Part shown: positions 37,156-46,108 of the stretch, one piece after another
How the letters are laid out: each line of letters starts with the position of its first letter
How positions within the stretch are numbered: position 1 is the stretch's first letter
Source: an uncultured Ardenticatenaceae bacterium
Lineage (GTDB): Bacteria; Chloroflexota; Anaerolineae; Promineifilales; Promineifilaceae
Reading direction: 5' to 3'
Assembly (NCBI GenBank): GCA_964467705.1
Contig: CAYXUZ010000011.1
Span: forward strand, 572-64,571
Length of the DNA: 64,000 nt
Program-made: the position numbers and the translations under genes
Notes under the pieces: model-generated
Seen by the model: only the letters and a program-made list of their open reading frames with translations
What the model was told of the DNA's origin: nothing
The model's database searches: none

Positions 37156-37638
37156 ATGTTTATGACGACACTGATGGAAATTAGAGCGGGAGATGATATT
37201 ATCGAGCATCTTCCCTTCAAGCCATATCGCAACTCAATTGAGCGGCGCGCCATGCAGTTTTTACCGGGGCCAGATGAGCCTCAATCAACCAATATCCAAA
37301 CCCCCTGGGGTGAAACGTTGCTGTGCAAATTTGGCGATTACATTGTGAGTGAAATGAATGCACCGAAAGATCGTTGGCCGGTAGATCGAGAGATTTTTGA
37401 GGCCAGTTATCTGGAATTAGAGCCAGGAAGTTATGTGAAACGGCCGTTGACTTATCTGGTTCCCTTGACCAACATCACAGCCGATCCCAATCAACAAGTG
37501 GTTATCTACACAATGGAAGGCCGTGTCACCGTCCGCGCTGGAGATTTTTACCTGGCGCGGGGCATCCAGGGTGAAATTTGGCCCTACCCCAAAGACAAGG
37601 CCGAGACCAGCCTGATTCTGGCAGATTTTTTAGAATAA
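37156..37638 (+). CDS. Hypothetical protein (two small beta-rich repeats with GDY/GDF motifs)
   Basis: GAAGAGG RBS. LLCKFGDYIVSEMN...WPVDREIFEASY and VTVRAGDFYLARG...IWPYPKDK. No family confidently recognised. Confidence 0.5.
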   Translation: MFMTTLMEIRAGDDIIEHLPFKPYRNSIERRAMQFLPGPDEPQSTNIQTPWGETLLCKFGDYIVSEMNAPKDRWPVDREIFEASYLELEPGSYVKRPLTYLVPLTNITADPNQQVVIYTMEGRVTVRAGDFYLARGIQGEIWPYPKDKAETSLILADFLE

Positions 37639-37648
37639 CGACAACTAC

Positions 37649-37682
37649 AAAAAAAGCCCGGTGTTATGCCGGGCTTTTTTTT
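37649..37682. terminator. Bidirectional intrinsic terminator shared by convergent genes
   Basis: A7 tract, stem AGCCCGG (37655-37661) / CCGGGCT (37669-37675), then a T8 tract. Confidence 0.8.
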
Positions 37683-37692
37683 GTTTATTTCC

Positions 37693-39981
37693 TCAAGACG
37701 CGGCTCGTGGCCGGTCAAATTTCGTGATGTTCAGGTGTTCCATCACGCCACCCATGTGTCGCATCTGGTTAACCATGTGATTTACCAACAACCCATCCAT
37801 ATCTTGCTGACCACTGGTATTTCCATCCCACAGGGCAATCATTCTCACCCGGTCAATACCCAAAACAAGTGATGAGTAAAGCGCCCACCGGTTATTCCGC
37901 TCATACAAATTGTCTCCCTTTTTCACTTTGCCCAGGCGTTCCGGCTGGAAGCGGATGTTCACCAGAGGGTGATTACGCAGGGCATAATATCGCTCCACCC
38001 AACGCTCGCCACCGTAGCTAATAAATTGTTTGATATACAAGGGTTCTGCGTAAGGAAGGTAGATATTCACTTGTAGGCCACGCTCCAGGCAGCACTCAAC
38101 AAAAATAATATCGCTGCCACAAGAGACGCCTGCGAGATATGCCCGGTCATTGGCGTCGGCTTTTGATTTGTCCAATGCATCGTTTATCTGTTTACGCACG
38201 GTGTCTTCAAGGTCGGATGGGAAGCGCTTGACGGCCCGGTCTGGGCGGTCCAACATGTGTCCAGTAAAAACGAAGGAGCGCACGGCCGTCGTCACGGCCG
38301 TTTTGCTCTGATCATCCACCAAATCATCTTTCTGAATGCGCGCCAATTCGGCCTGCAAGGTCTTCATGGCCGCATCCACATAAATCTCGCGCATGTCCAA
38401 TGCTTTCAAAATCCTTAGCTGCTGCAATTCAGATTCTAAAAAGAAGGCATTTTTGCGGGTGGCCGTTAGCGCCTTCCGGTAAGCACGAATCACCTGGCGT
38501 GGCCGCTCGGCCGTCATAACCCGCAAATTTGCCAATGAAACCAATGTCCAATAATCGCTGGTCTCGTTCTGAATACGAGCCTCCAGAGAAAAGGTTAGCG
38601 CCCCCACCAGACTGGGTAGCGTCTCCCGCACGGCCGTGATCTCCGGGTCTGGGTCTTCCTTATCGTCAAACTCATCAGCCAGTTTCACCAGAATCGTAGC
38701 CAAAGTATACGCATTCACCGCCGGATAATACTGGTTCAAATCCCAATAATACCCCCGCAAATAGGTCTGGTAAGACATCAACAACCAATGGTAACTCTCA
38801 AACGCTTCCTGCAATCGCTGCCGGTCATCGGCCGTGTTGATCCAGGACTCCATCCACATGTCCTTATAGATGCGCCCCAGGTAAGCGATTGCTTCCGTAT
38901 CGTGCGGATCATCTGCCAACAAGGTTTCCAGTTTCACAATCGCTTCATCCACCCGGCCCAACCTGTTCAGAAAATAAGCCTCTTGCCGTCGAAAGTCTGC
39001 ATTGTTGTTGTTGATTTCCAATCCCTGGCGATATTGTTGCAGCGCTAATTCATCCCGCCCCATGCTGCGTAGCGCGCGCCCCGCTTCGGCTACCGCCTCC
39101 TCCTTGATGAGCGGATTGCTAATCTCTTCTGTAAGCACCAGAATATCGCCAATACGCTTTTCCCGCTGGGCAATGGTCACGCGCTCTCTCCATTCGTTAT
39201 ATTCGCGCCAAAATCCGGTAGCTAATGGCGTGCGCAGGGTACTCCGGTCGGCTTCCGCCAGACCAGTAAGCAGATTAAAGATGGGGCTGTGAATGGCTTC
39301 GGCATCCGAGGCATACGTGTCGCGGCAGACACGAGCAATAGCCTGCCGATCTTTCTCCAGAAATTCGGGGTCGGGCACACCGTCCGCATTGGTATGGTAG
39401 GGGATGGTACGCACGTTGAAAATGTCAAACGGCATGTAAGCACGCCCTGATTGGATATGCACGACACCCCGTTTCCGAAAAGCATGGCGTACCCCCAATT
39501 CATAAAAGACATTGGCGTTATCAATGCTCATATCGGCAATGACCAGATCAGCCAGCAGCAATTCCTGAAACATGTCGGTGAGAATATCGCCGCTGACGGT
39601 TTCTTCATCAGCGCGGAAGGCTTCAAAGCCAGCTTCTTCCAGAACCGGTTTGATGAGGTCGGCATAAATAGCATTAAAATCAAGTGTCTGCCCCTCAAAC
39701 CCTTTCTTCTTACCAAAGGGCATCACTACAAAGGCGTGGGGACGAGAAGTTGGCCCTTTGTCATCCATTTTGTGCGTTTCTTCAAAGAGTTCTTGTAACG
39801 ATGTTTCAGTTTCTTCAACTGGCTGTGGTAAGCTGGCTTTTGCCTGCCCTGCTAGCGTGGCCTGGGCGGGGGGCTGAGTGACAGTAGTGGTTGGTGTAGC
39901 CTGTTTTTTGCGCACGGCCGTGCCCTTCCCATTGGCGCCTTCTGCAATTTGCAATGTGGATTCCTTTGTGTCATCTACCAT
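37693..39981 (-). CDS. Three-module protein: NDT/TIR-like N-glycosidase-fold domain, TPR (ASK1/DUF4071-type) region, C-terminal SLOG-like nucleotide-binding domain
   Basis: ATG 39981 is preceded by GGAGG (39989-39993). NDT-like region (about 39409-39741): FVVMPFGKK...LLADLVIADMSIDNANVFYELGVRHA. TPR/DUF4071-like region (about 38329-39246): LALQQYRQGLEIN, AYFLNRLGRVDEAIVKLETLL, YYPAVNAYTLATIL. SLOG-like region (about 37729-38280): SFVFTGHMLDRPDRAVKRFP, AYLAGVSCGSDIIFVECCLERG, VRMIALWDGNTSG. Confidence 0.65.
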   Translation of the reverse strand: MVDDTKESTLQIAEGANGKGTAVRKKQATPTTTVTQPPAQATLAGQAKASLPQPVEETETSLQELFEETHKMDDKGPTSRPHAFVVMPFGKKKGFEGQTLDFNAIYADLIKPVLEEAGFEAFRADEETVSGDILTDMFQELLLADLVIADMSIDNANVFYELGVRHAFRKRGVVHIQSGRAYMPFDIFNVRTIPYHTNADGVPDPEFLEKDRQAIARVCRDTYASDAEAIHSPIFNLLTGLAEADRSTLRTPLATGFWREYNEWRERVTIAQREKRIGDILVLTEEISNPLIKEEAVAEAGRALRSMGRDELALQQYRQGLEINNNNADFRRQEAYFLNRLGRVDEAIVKLETLLADDPHDTEAIAYLGRIYKDMWMESWINTADDRQRLQEAFESYHWLLMSYQTYLRGYYWDLNQYYPAVNAYTLATILVKLADEFDDKEDPDPEITAVRETLPSLVGALTFSLEARIQNETSDYWTLVSLANLRVMTAERPRQVIRAYRKALTATRKNAFFLESELQQLRILKALDMREIYVDAAMKTLQAELARIQKDDLVDDQSKTAVTTAVRSFVFTGHMLDRPDRAVKRFPSDLEDTVRKQINDALDKSKADANDRAYLAGVSCGSDIIFVECCLERGLQVNIYLPYAEPLYIKQFISYGGERWVERYYALRNHPLVNIRFQPERLGKVKKGDNLYERNNRWALYSSLVLGIDRVRMIALWDGNTSGQQDMDGLLVNHMVNQMRHMGGVMEHLNITKFDRPRAAS

Positions 39982-39994
39982 AAGGTTGCCTCCA

Positions 39995-42235
39995 TTAACC
40001 CTGTTCATCCTGGGCTGCTTTGGCTAATGCCTGTTTAATCGCTTCGTCCGAAACCTGTAAGCCCTTTTCTAACAGGCGATCCACAGCATCGTCAACGGCC
40101 GTATCTGACGCCGATCCATTTGTTGGCTCAGTTTGTTCACCATTTTCCGGCCCGCTGCCAGCTTCAGAGGTGAACTGAATTGGATATTTAATGTCCGGTG
40201 TGGCTTCGTAGGTAACATTAGCCCATTGCTCGTGTACGGCCGTACCCATGTCCTCAATAACCGCCGTAACGGGGGTAAAAGTGACCACAAATTTGACCTG
40301 TTCACCCGCCTTTTGGCGGAGTGCCGCCGCTTCTGTCACGGCCGTTTCCACTACTTCTTGGCCTGTTTCCACCCAAGCGGCCGCCTCGGCCGCAACCGCA
40401 TCGCGGGCCTCGGCAGACTGGGTAACGGCTGCATCCATAGCCTCTTGAGCAGTCTCTGACCAGGCTGCCGCTTCTTCAGCAATGCTTGTCGCGGCAGTTT
40501 CACGGATAGCGGCCGATTGGGCCGCGGCCGTGTCTACCGCATCTTGGGCTGTCTCTGACCAGGCCGCAGTCTCCGCAGCCACGGCAGCAGCCGTGCCTTC
40601 TCGCACAGCGCCAACTTCGGCAATAGCTTCAGCGGTGCTTTCCACTGCCGCTTCTCGCCACGCAGACGCTTCTTCCAGGGCCATATCCCGGCTGGCTTCC
40701 ATAGCCAGCCGAGTGGCATCTGCCTCAGCCGCCGCCGCTTCGGCCGTTTCGGCCATACTCTCGCGGGCCGCCACCGATTGAGCGGTTGCCATTGTCATGG
40801 CTTCTTGCGCTGCCTGTCCCCAGGCCACGGCTTCAGCGGCCGTGGCCGCACGGGCAGTGGCAGATTGGGACCCGGCCGTGTCCACCGTCTCTTGGGCGGT
40901 CTCCCCCCAGGCGACAGCTTCGGCGGCGGCGGCTTCGCGCACAACAGCAGATTGAGCAACAGCAGCAGCGGCGCTATCCTGTGCTGTTTCACGCCAGGCA
41001 GCCGCTTCTTCCAGAGCCGCGTCCCGGCTTGTTTCCAGGGCCATGCGGGCGGCAGCAGCTTCACTGGCCGCCGCATCAACCGATTCACCAATGGTCTGGT
41101 TGAGTGCCATCGCTTCGCTAGACACGGCCGTGACCATACCAGACACCGTTGCCGCTGCATCTGTGGCCACAGCTGCCAACTGCTCTGTAGCCTGTGCAAA
41201 AACGGCCTGCGATTCCGCGAGTAGTTTCTTCTGCAACTCTGCATGTGTTGAAGCCGACACCTGTATCATTTCTTCAACCAGTTTTTTATCTTCATCCTCA
41301 ACACCAGCCAGTGTCTCTTGCATCGAGCGCAGCCACTCACTATTTTGGGCAAACATCAGATTTTCAGTAGCCAGTACCATCTTGTAAAATTCCGAGTCTG
41401 TTTGTTCGGTGCTGGATAATGCAAACCAATAATCGCGGATAATTGCCAGCTCCAATTTTACTTTACTGTAATTGGCAATGGTTTGTTCACGGTTACGCAA
41501 TTCTTCCCATCCGGTCAGGGCTGCCGCAAGCGAGGCGGTTAGCGCGACCCAAACAGCAAAAGGGCCACCCAGAGCAGCCAGCAATGAGCCGGCTCCACCC
41601 ATCAATAAAATTGCAATCGTCAGATTACGTTTGGCTTTGCCCAGCCGCACAATGCGTCCTTCATGCCAGGAAAGTTGTTCTTGTAAACGGTATCTCATGT
41701 ACTCTTCTGGCGTGAGGTCGGCAAAACCAGGATCACTGTTAGGATTGTCGGGAGAATAATAAAGGGGCAAAACACCGCGGTAAGGTTCAGTATCTAGCTT
41801 TTGACCGCTGGCCTTGTATATCTGACGCTGGATATTGGCCAGCCGATTGCTGAGCCACTTATTGCGGTCGGGATACTGTTTTAGCACCGTGCGGTAAATG
41901 TAGATTTCCTTTTTGATCTCTTCTGCCCCGGCACGCATGGCCAGCCAACGGCCGTCGCCCAACTCCCGACTGGTGAAGGCAGCAAGGATTGAACCCGCCA
42001 GTGGTGTGAGAATCAGCATCACTTTCAGTGCAGCTTGTGCTGTGACGGGAAATTCTGGACTATACACATCGGTAACGATTGCCAAAACAGTAGCCACAAT
42101 ACCCAGGATTGCTACCCATTTACGCAGTCTTAGATGGCGTTTGCTTAGTTTGTCGGCATTTGTGTCCAGTTCAGCATGGTGCATCCACGCCTTCTCTAAA
42201 ATAGCCGGGCGGCTGATCTCGGTTGCTGATTCCAT
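39995..42235 (-). CDS. Membrane protein with two tandem SLATT-like 2TM modules and a C-terminal Trp-marked Ala/Glu repeat region
   Basis: AGGAG RBS. Module 1 (about 41861-42193): WVAILGIVATVLAIVTDV / ALKVMLILTPLAGSILAAF, then RWLAMRAGAEEIKKEIYIYRT. Module 2 (about 41411-41713): LTIAILLMGGAGSLLAALGG / FAVWVALTASLAAALTGW, then REQTIANYSKVKLELAIIRDYW. Repeats lie at 40310-41083. Confidence 0.65.
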   Translation of the reverse strand: MESATEISRPAILEKAWMHHAELDTNADKLSKRHLRLRKWVAILGIVATVLAIVTDVYSPEFPVTAQAALKVMLILTPLAGSILAAFTSRELGDGRWLAMRAGAEEIKKEIYIYRTVLKQYPDRNKWLSNRLANIQRQIYKASGQKLDTEPYRGVLPLYYSPDNPNSDPGFADLTPEEYMRYRLQEQLSWHEGRIVRLGKAKRNLTIAILLMGGAGSLLAALGGPFAVWVALTASLAAALTGWEELRNREQTIANYSKVKLELAIIRDYWFALSSTEQTDSEFYKMVLATENLMFAQNSEWLRSMQETLAGVEDEDKKLVEEMIQVSASTHAELQKKLLAESQAVFAQATEQLAAVATDAAATVSGMVTAVSSEAMALNQTIGESVDAAASEAAAARMALETSRDAALEEAAAWRETAQDSAAAAVAQSAVVREAAAAEAVAWGETAQETVDTAGSQSATARAATAAEAVAWGQAAQEAMTMATAQSVAARESMAETAEAAAAEADATRLAMEASRDMALEEASAWREAAVESTAEAIAEVGAVREGTAAAVAAETAAWSETAQDAVDTAAAQSAAIRETAATSIAEEAAAWSETAQEAMDAAVTQSAEARDAVAAEAAAWVETGQEVVETAVTEAAALRQKAGEQVKFVVTFTPVTAVIEDMGTAVHEQWANVTYEATPDIKYPIQFTSEAGSGPENGEQTEPTNGSASDTAVDDAVDRLLEKGLQVSDEAIKQALAKAAQDEQG
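40310..41083 (-). repeat. About seven degenerate 29-32-aa protein repeats (A.AAAW.ETAQ...DTA..QSA..R) inside the SLATT-like gene
   Basis: EEAAAWRETAQDSAAAAVAQSAVVRE / AEAVAWGETAQETVDTAGSQSATARA / AEAVAWGQAAQEAMTMATAQSVAARE / EEASAWREAAVESTAEAIAEVGAVRE / AETAAWSETAQDAVDTAAAQSAAIRE / EEAAAWSETAQEAMDAAVTQSAEARD / AEAAAWVETGQEVVETAVTEAAALRQ. Confidence 0.8.
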
Positions 42236-42430
42236 ATAAATCTCTCCTGGTATGAAATTGAAATTGTACGTCTAATGAATTTATGCCGAATTGCTATTCG
42301 CCTGATAACGCCACATTGGCAGGTTGGTGGTGAACAGTAGGGTACTTGTGAGACCGGTATGCGCCTATAGTCTGGTAGTACCGGGCTTGGGCTTCTTGCA
42401 GCAAGCACATTTTGCGCTTTTTGGAGCAAA

Positions 42431-42444
42431 ATGTCAATTGACAT
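42431..42444. promoter_or_regulatory. Perfect 14-bp palindrome ATGTCAATTGACAT, candidate operator
   Basis: Lies in the 265-nt divergent spacer between the SLATT operon (start 42235) and the 42501 gene. Contains TTGACA on both strands. Confidence 0.3.
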
Positions 42445-42500
42445 AATGGTCATAACACGAGTTGTGCCTTACCCGACAAGGGCTGATACAATCCGGGGCT

Positions 42501-43325
42501 ATGAACAATTCACGTTTATTGATTACCATCCTCTCAATTCTGGCCCTCTTGCTGTTTGTAAGCGGGGGGGTACTGCTGTATCTGGGGCTACAGACAGCAG
42601 AAGCAACCGAAGCAGATGCTACGGCCGTAGCCGTGCCTACCCAAAACATCGAAACGGCCGTCGCCGGAACAGTAGCGGCTGTGGCCACCGCTTCGGCCAC
42701 ACCGGCTACACAAATTGCTGAACAGCCACCGACAGCATTAGCAACGGCTACCAACGCCATCCCACCTACCGTAACACCCGTACCCACTATCGCTGCGACA
42801 GACACACCTGTGCCAACAGACACACCACCGCCAACAGAAACGCCAACGGCCGTGCCCCCCACCAACACACCCGTACCGGTGATCTTGCCTACCGCTACCG
42901 CAACACCCGTACCCCCCACCAATACGCCGGCCCCCCCTGCTGGTCCCCAACCGGGTAATCATAGAGGTCTGATTGCCACCAATTTTGCCTTGCAAGATTG
43001 GCGCACAAATCCCACCGTCAACGGCGAAATCTGGTATGAGTGGACCATTGCCAACACCTCAGGCGCTGGCGTACCCTATTCCACAATTGGCGTCTTGCCA
43101 CGCAAAGACGGCGTAGACCGCCCCCAGTGGTACCAAAATAACTGGGGCGGTAACAATGATGTCATGCCGCCAGAAGGTCTAAGCTGGCCCTCCTGGCTTT
43201 CATTACCGGAACCTGGAAATTACACATTGCGGGTCGTTGTCTGCTTTGATGGATTCCAAACCTGTTTGAATGGACAGGGAACATTCCACACATTATCAAA
43301 TGAGATTCCTATTACCATTCGGTGA
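42501..43325 (+). CDS. Membrane-anchored extracytoplasmic protein with a Pro/Thr-rich linker
   Basis: N-terminal anchor LLITILSILALLLFVSGGVLLYLGL, PT-rich linker (TPVPTIAATDTPVPTDTPPPTETPT...), and a globular C-terminal domain of unknown family. Confidence 0.55.
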   Translation: MNNSRLLITILSILALLLFVSGGVLLYLGLQTAEATEADATAVAVPTQNIETAVAGTVAAVATASATPATQIAEQPPTALATATNAIPPTVTPVPTIAATDTPVPTDTPPPTETPTAVPPTNTPVPVILPTATATPVPPTNTPAPPAGPQPGNHRGLIATNFALQDWRTNPTVNGEIWYEWTIANTSGAGVPYSTIGVLPRKDGVDRPQWYQNNWGGNNDVMPPEGLSWPSWLSLPEPGNYTLRVVVCFDGFQTCLNGQGTFHTLSNEIPITIR

Positions 43326-43372
43326 TTTGTAGAAATTGGGGCCAGGGGCAGGCCCCGATTTCTGTATAAATA

Positions 43373-45415
43373 ATGAAGCTCTGGTTGTTGCGGCTGGCAA
43401 AAATCATCACCGGCCATTGGCTGGAGATTTTGTTGTTATTCATGGCGGCATTGGCCGGGGTGAGTGTGGTTGCCTGGCTGGCGACCCGCTTAAGCGGGGG
43501 GCAGTTAGTCGGGTGGTTGATCGTCACGGCCGTTATTCTGACCTTTACCATTGAGATAAGCCGCTACCGCACCTTCCAACACCTGAACGTGCTGCGCCGA
43601 CAGGCCGAAGCCAGTGGCGCGCTCGGCCAGGAAATCACCGCCAACCCGGATTTTGAGAGCTTGCTGGCCGATATTACCCATTTGCTAAAATTACAGTTTC
43701 AGTTTGATTATGTGGGACTGTTTTTGCTAGAAAAAGACCTCTCCATTTCGCGCATTTCCCAGGTGGGTGCTGTGTCTCATTCCTATAGCATTGGCGCTTA
43801 TCTGGACGGCCGTCAGGCCATGGGGGCGGCTGCCTGGCAGCAAGAAACGGTGTGCGCCAACAATGGTATTTGTGATCTACCCGGTATCAACCCCCATTTG
43901 CTGCCCCGGATGCGTTCAGAATTGGCGCTTCCCCTGGTAGCCGGGCAAAAGTTGATGGGTGTGTTGGATATTCAAAGCCGGGATGTGATGGCCTTTGAAG
44001 CGGATCATATTCTGGCTTTGCAATCATTGGCCGCACAAACGGCCGTAGCCATTCGCAACGCCGTCCTTTACCAGCGTGAATCTGGGCGGCGGCACATGGC
44101 CGAAACACTGTATGAAATTGGTCTGGCCCTCTCTGGCACGCTCAACCGCGAAGAAGTATTAGGCAACATCTTGGAGCAATTGGCTACAGTCGTTCCTTAT
44201 GATCGGGCCGCGCTCCTTTTGCACGAGAATAGCGAATTGGAAATTGTGGCCGCACGGGGCTTTCCCGATCATACCCAACCTCTGCAAATACGCATTTCCC
44301 TGAACACAGGCGACGAAAACGACATTTACCTCATCATTCATCGGACACAAAAACCATTGGTCGTACCCGATGTTTCTAAACAGCCAAACTGGACGCATGT
44401 GACTGGGCTGCCTGAGGCCAAATCATGGCTGGGTGTACCCCTTATTCATGAAAAGCAAGTCATCGGCATGTTATCTCTTGTTCGGGAACGAGATGAGGCC
44501 TACAGCCAGGAAGACACCTCGCCGGCCACCACATTTGCCGTGCAAGCCGCCGTAGCCTTGCACAATGCTGAACTATATAACCGCATTGACCAGTTCAATC
44601 GGCAACTGGCCTATGAAGTGGAAAAGCGCACAGAAGCCGTTATTCAACTGGCACGGTTAGATCAGGCTAAAACCGATTTCATTAATGTAGCCGCACACGA
44701 GCTGCGCACACCGCTGACAACGATCCGCGGATACAGCCAAATGCTGCTTCAGGAGTCGGATATTGCCCAAAACAACTATTTTAATGAGCTGGTGACTGGT
44801 ATTTTCCAGGGCGCAATCCGGCTGCATGAAGTAGTCAACAATATGCTGAACGTAGCCAAAATTGACAATCAGGCATTAGAGTTGCATTTTCAGCCGCTTT
44901 CGTTAGGACATTTGTTGGAACGGGTGCATCTGTCACTGGCGGAAGCGTTGGCGCAGCGCAATCTGTTGTTAGCCATGGAGCCGATGACGGCCGTGCCAGA
45001 CATTGAAGGCGATGTGGAAGGATTGCGTTCTGTCTTCTCCCATCTTTTGCTTAACGCCATCAAATACACGCCAGATGGTGGGCGTATTACCATCACCCAT
45101 GCTCTGCTGCCAGGTCAAGAGGGAGACACGGCCGTGCCCGGTTATGTTGAAATTATCATCAGCGATACAGGCATCGGCATTCCCCCCGATGCACGTGAAC
45201 TTATCTTTTCCAAATTCTACCAGACGGGGCAGATTGCCCTGCATTCCAGTGGTAAGACCAAATTCAAAGGTGGCGGTTCTGGCTTAGGGCTGGCTATTGT
45301 ACGGGGCATTGTGGAAGCCCACAACGGCAAAGTATGGGCTGAAAGCGCCGGGTATGATGAAAACGCCTTGCCCGGCAGTCATTTTCATGTGGTATTGCCG
45401 GTCGTTCAGCCGTAG
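43373..45415 (+). CDS. Sensor histidine kinase with two GAF domains
   Basis: N-terminal TM helices, GAF-like regions, H-box AAHELRTPLTTIRGY, N-box LLNAIKYTPDGG, G-boxes DTGIGIP and GGSGLGLAIV. Confidence 0.9.
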   Translation: MKLWLLRLAKIITGHWLEILLLFMAALAGVSVVAWLATRLSGGQLVGWLIVTAVILTFTIEISRYRTFQHLNVLRRQAEASGALGQEITANPDFESLLADITHLLKLQFQFDYVGLFLLEKDLSISRISQVGAVSHSYSIGAYLDGRQAMGAAAWQQETVCANNGICDLPGINPHLLPRMRSELALPLVAGQKLMGVLDIQSRDVMAFEADHILALQSLAAQTAVAIRNAVLYQRESGRRHMAETLYEIGLALSGTLNREEVLGNILEQLATVVPYDRAALLLHENSELEIVAARGFPDHTQPLQIRISLNTGDENDIYLIIHRTQKPLVVPDVSKQPNWTHVTGLPEAKSWLGVPLIHEKQVIGMLSLVRERDEAYSQEDTSPATTFAVQAAVALHNAELYNRIDQFNRQLAYEVEKRTEAVIQLARLDQAKTDFINVAAHELRTPLTTIRGYSQMLLQESDIAQNNYFNELVTGIFQGAIRLHEVVNNMLNVAKIDNQALELHFQPLSLGHLLERVHLSLAEALAQRNLLLAMEPMTAVPDIEGDVEGLRSVFSHLLLNAIKYTPDGGRITITHALLPGQEGDTAVPGYVEIIISDTGIGIPPDARELIFSKFYQTGQIALHSSGKTKFKGGGSGLGLAIVRGIVEAHNGKVWAESAGYDENALPGSHFHVVLPVVQP

Positions 45416-45542
45416 CTGGCAATCGGATTGCGGTTCACGGATTCAGGAAAGTTGACAGTCTTCCCCCTAACGGGTAGGATAACATGTCGGGCATATCCCA
45501 GATCGGGTATGCCTGCATTTTTTATCAACGAAGGAGAACCCC

Positions 45543-46046
45543 ATGCGTCGTGAAGTTCTCACGTGGTCTGATGTAGACAAATTGATTGATTATTTAACGC
45601 CGCAGATTCACGGCCGTTATGACAGTATGGTCATCATTACACGCGGCGGCATCATACCGGGCGGACTGTTGGCCGAGGCCCTCAACATCACCTATGTATT
45701 GACCGCCTCCGTGCGTTTCCCGGCTGACTTCCCCGGCCTGCAAATTCCTGGCCCAGAAAAATATGCCATTCCTGAATTTATTCAATTTCCGGCTGACGCC
45801 GCGTTAGCCGGACGGCGGGTATTGGTAGTGGATGATGTCTGGACGAAAGGGCGCAATATGGTCACAGTCGCCAATCGAATTGACGCCGCTGGCGGAACGC
45901 CTGATACCTGCGTGCTGCATTACAAACCATCCACCTCCCTTTATCCTGGCATCACACCTACTTATTATGCCGCCGTTACCGATGCCTATATCATCTACCC
46001 CTGGGAATTGGATCGTGGCCCGGAAGTACTCGGCGTCTGGAATTAA
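45543..46046 (+). CDS. Phosphoribosyltransferase (purine PRT-like)
   Basis: PRPP-binding motif RVLVVDDVWTKGRNM. Confidence 0.8.
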   Translation: MRREVLTWSDVDKLIDYLTPQIHGRYDSMVIITRGGIIPGGLLAEALNITYVLTASVRFPADFPGLQIPGPEKYAIPEFIQFPADAALAGRRVLVVDDVWTKGRNMVTVANRIDAAGGTPDTCVLHYKPSTSLYPGITPTYYAAVTDAYIIYPWELDRGPEVLGVWN

Positions 46047-46080
46047 ATAAGCCAGGCCACACATTTCAAAGTGCATCCAA

Positions 46081-46108
46081 AAGGCCGCTGCCAGAGCAAC
46101 GGCCTTTT
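46081..46108 (+). terminator. Intrinsic-terminator-like hairpin between convergent genes
   Basis: AAGGCCG (46081-46087) ... CGGCCTT (46100-46106), followed by TTTA. Confidence 0.55.

Noticed and set aside
40310-41083. Recent tandem DNA repeat or contingency locus in the SLATT-like gene
   Set aside because: The repeats are recognisable at the protein level but degenerate at the nucleotide level. I saw no long exact tandem units, so slippage-driven phase variation is unlikely.
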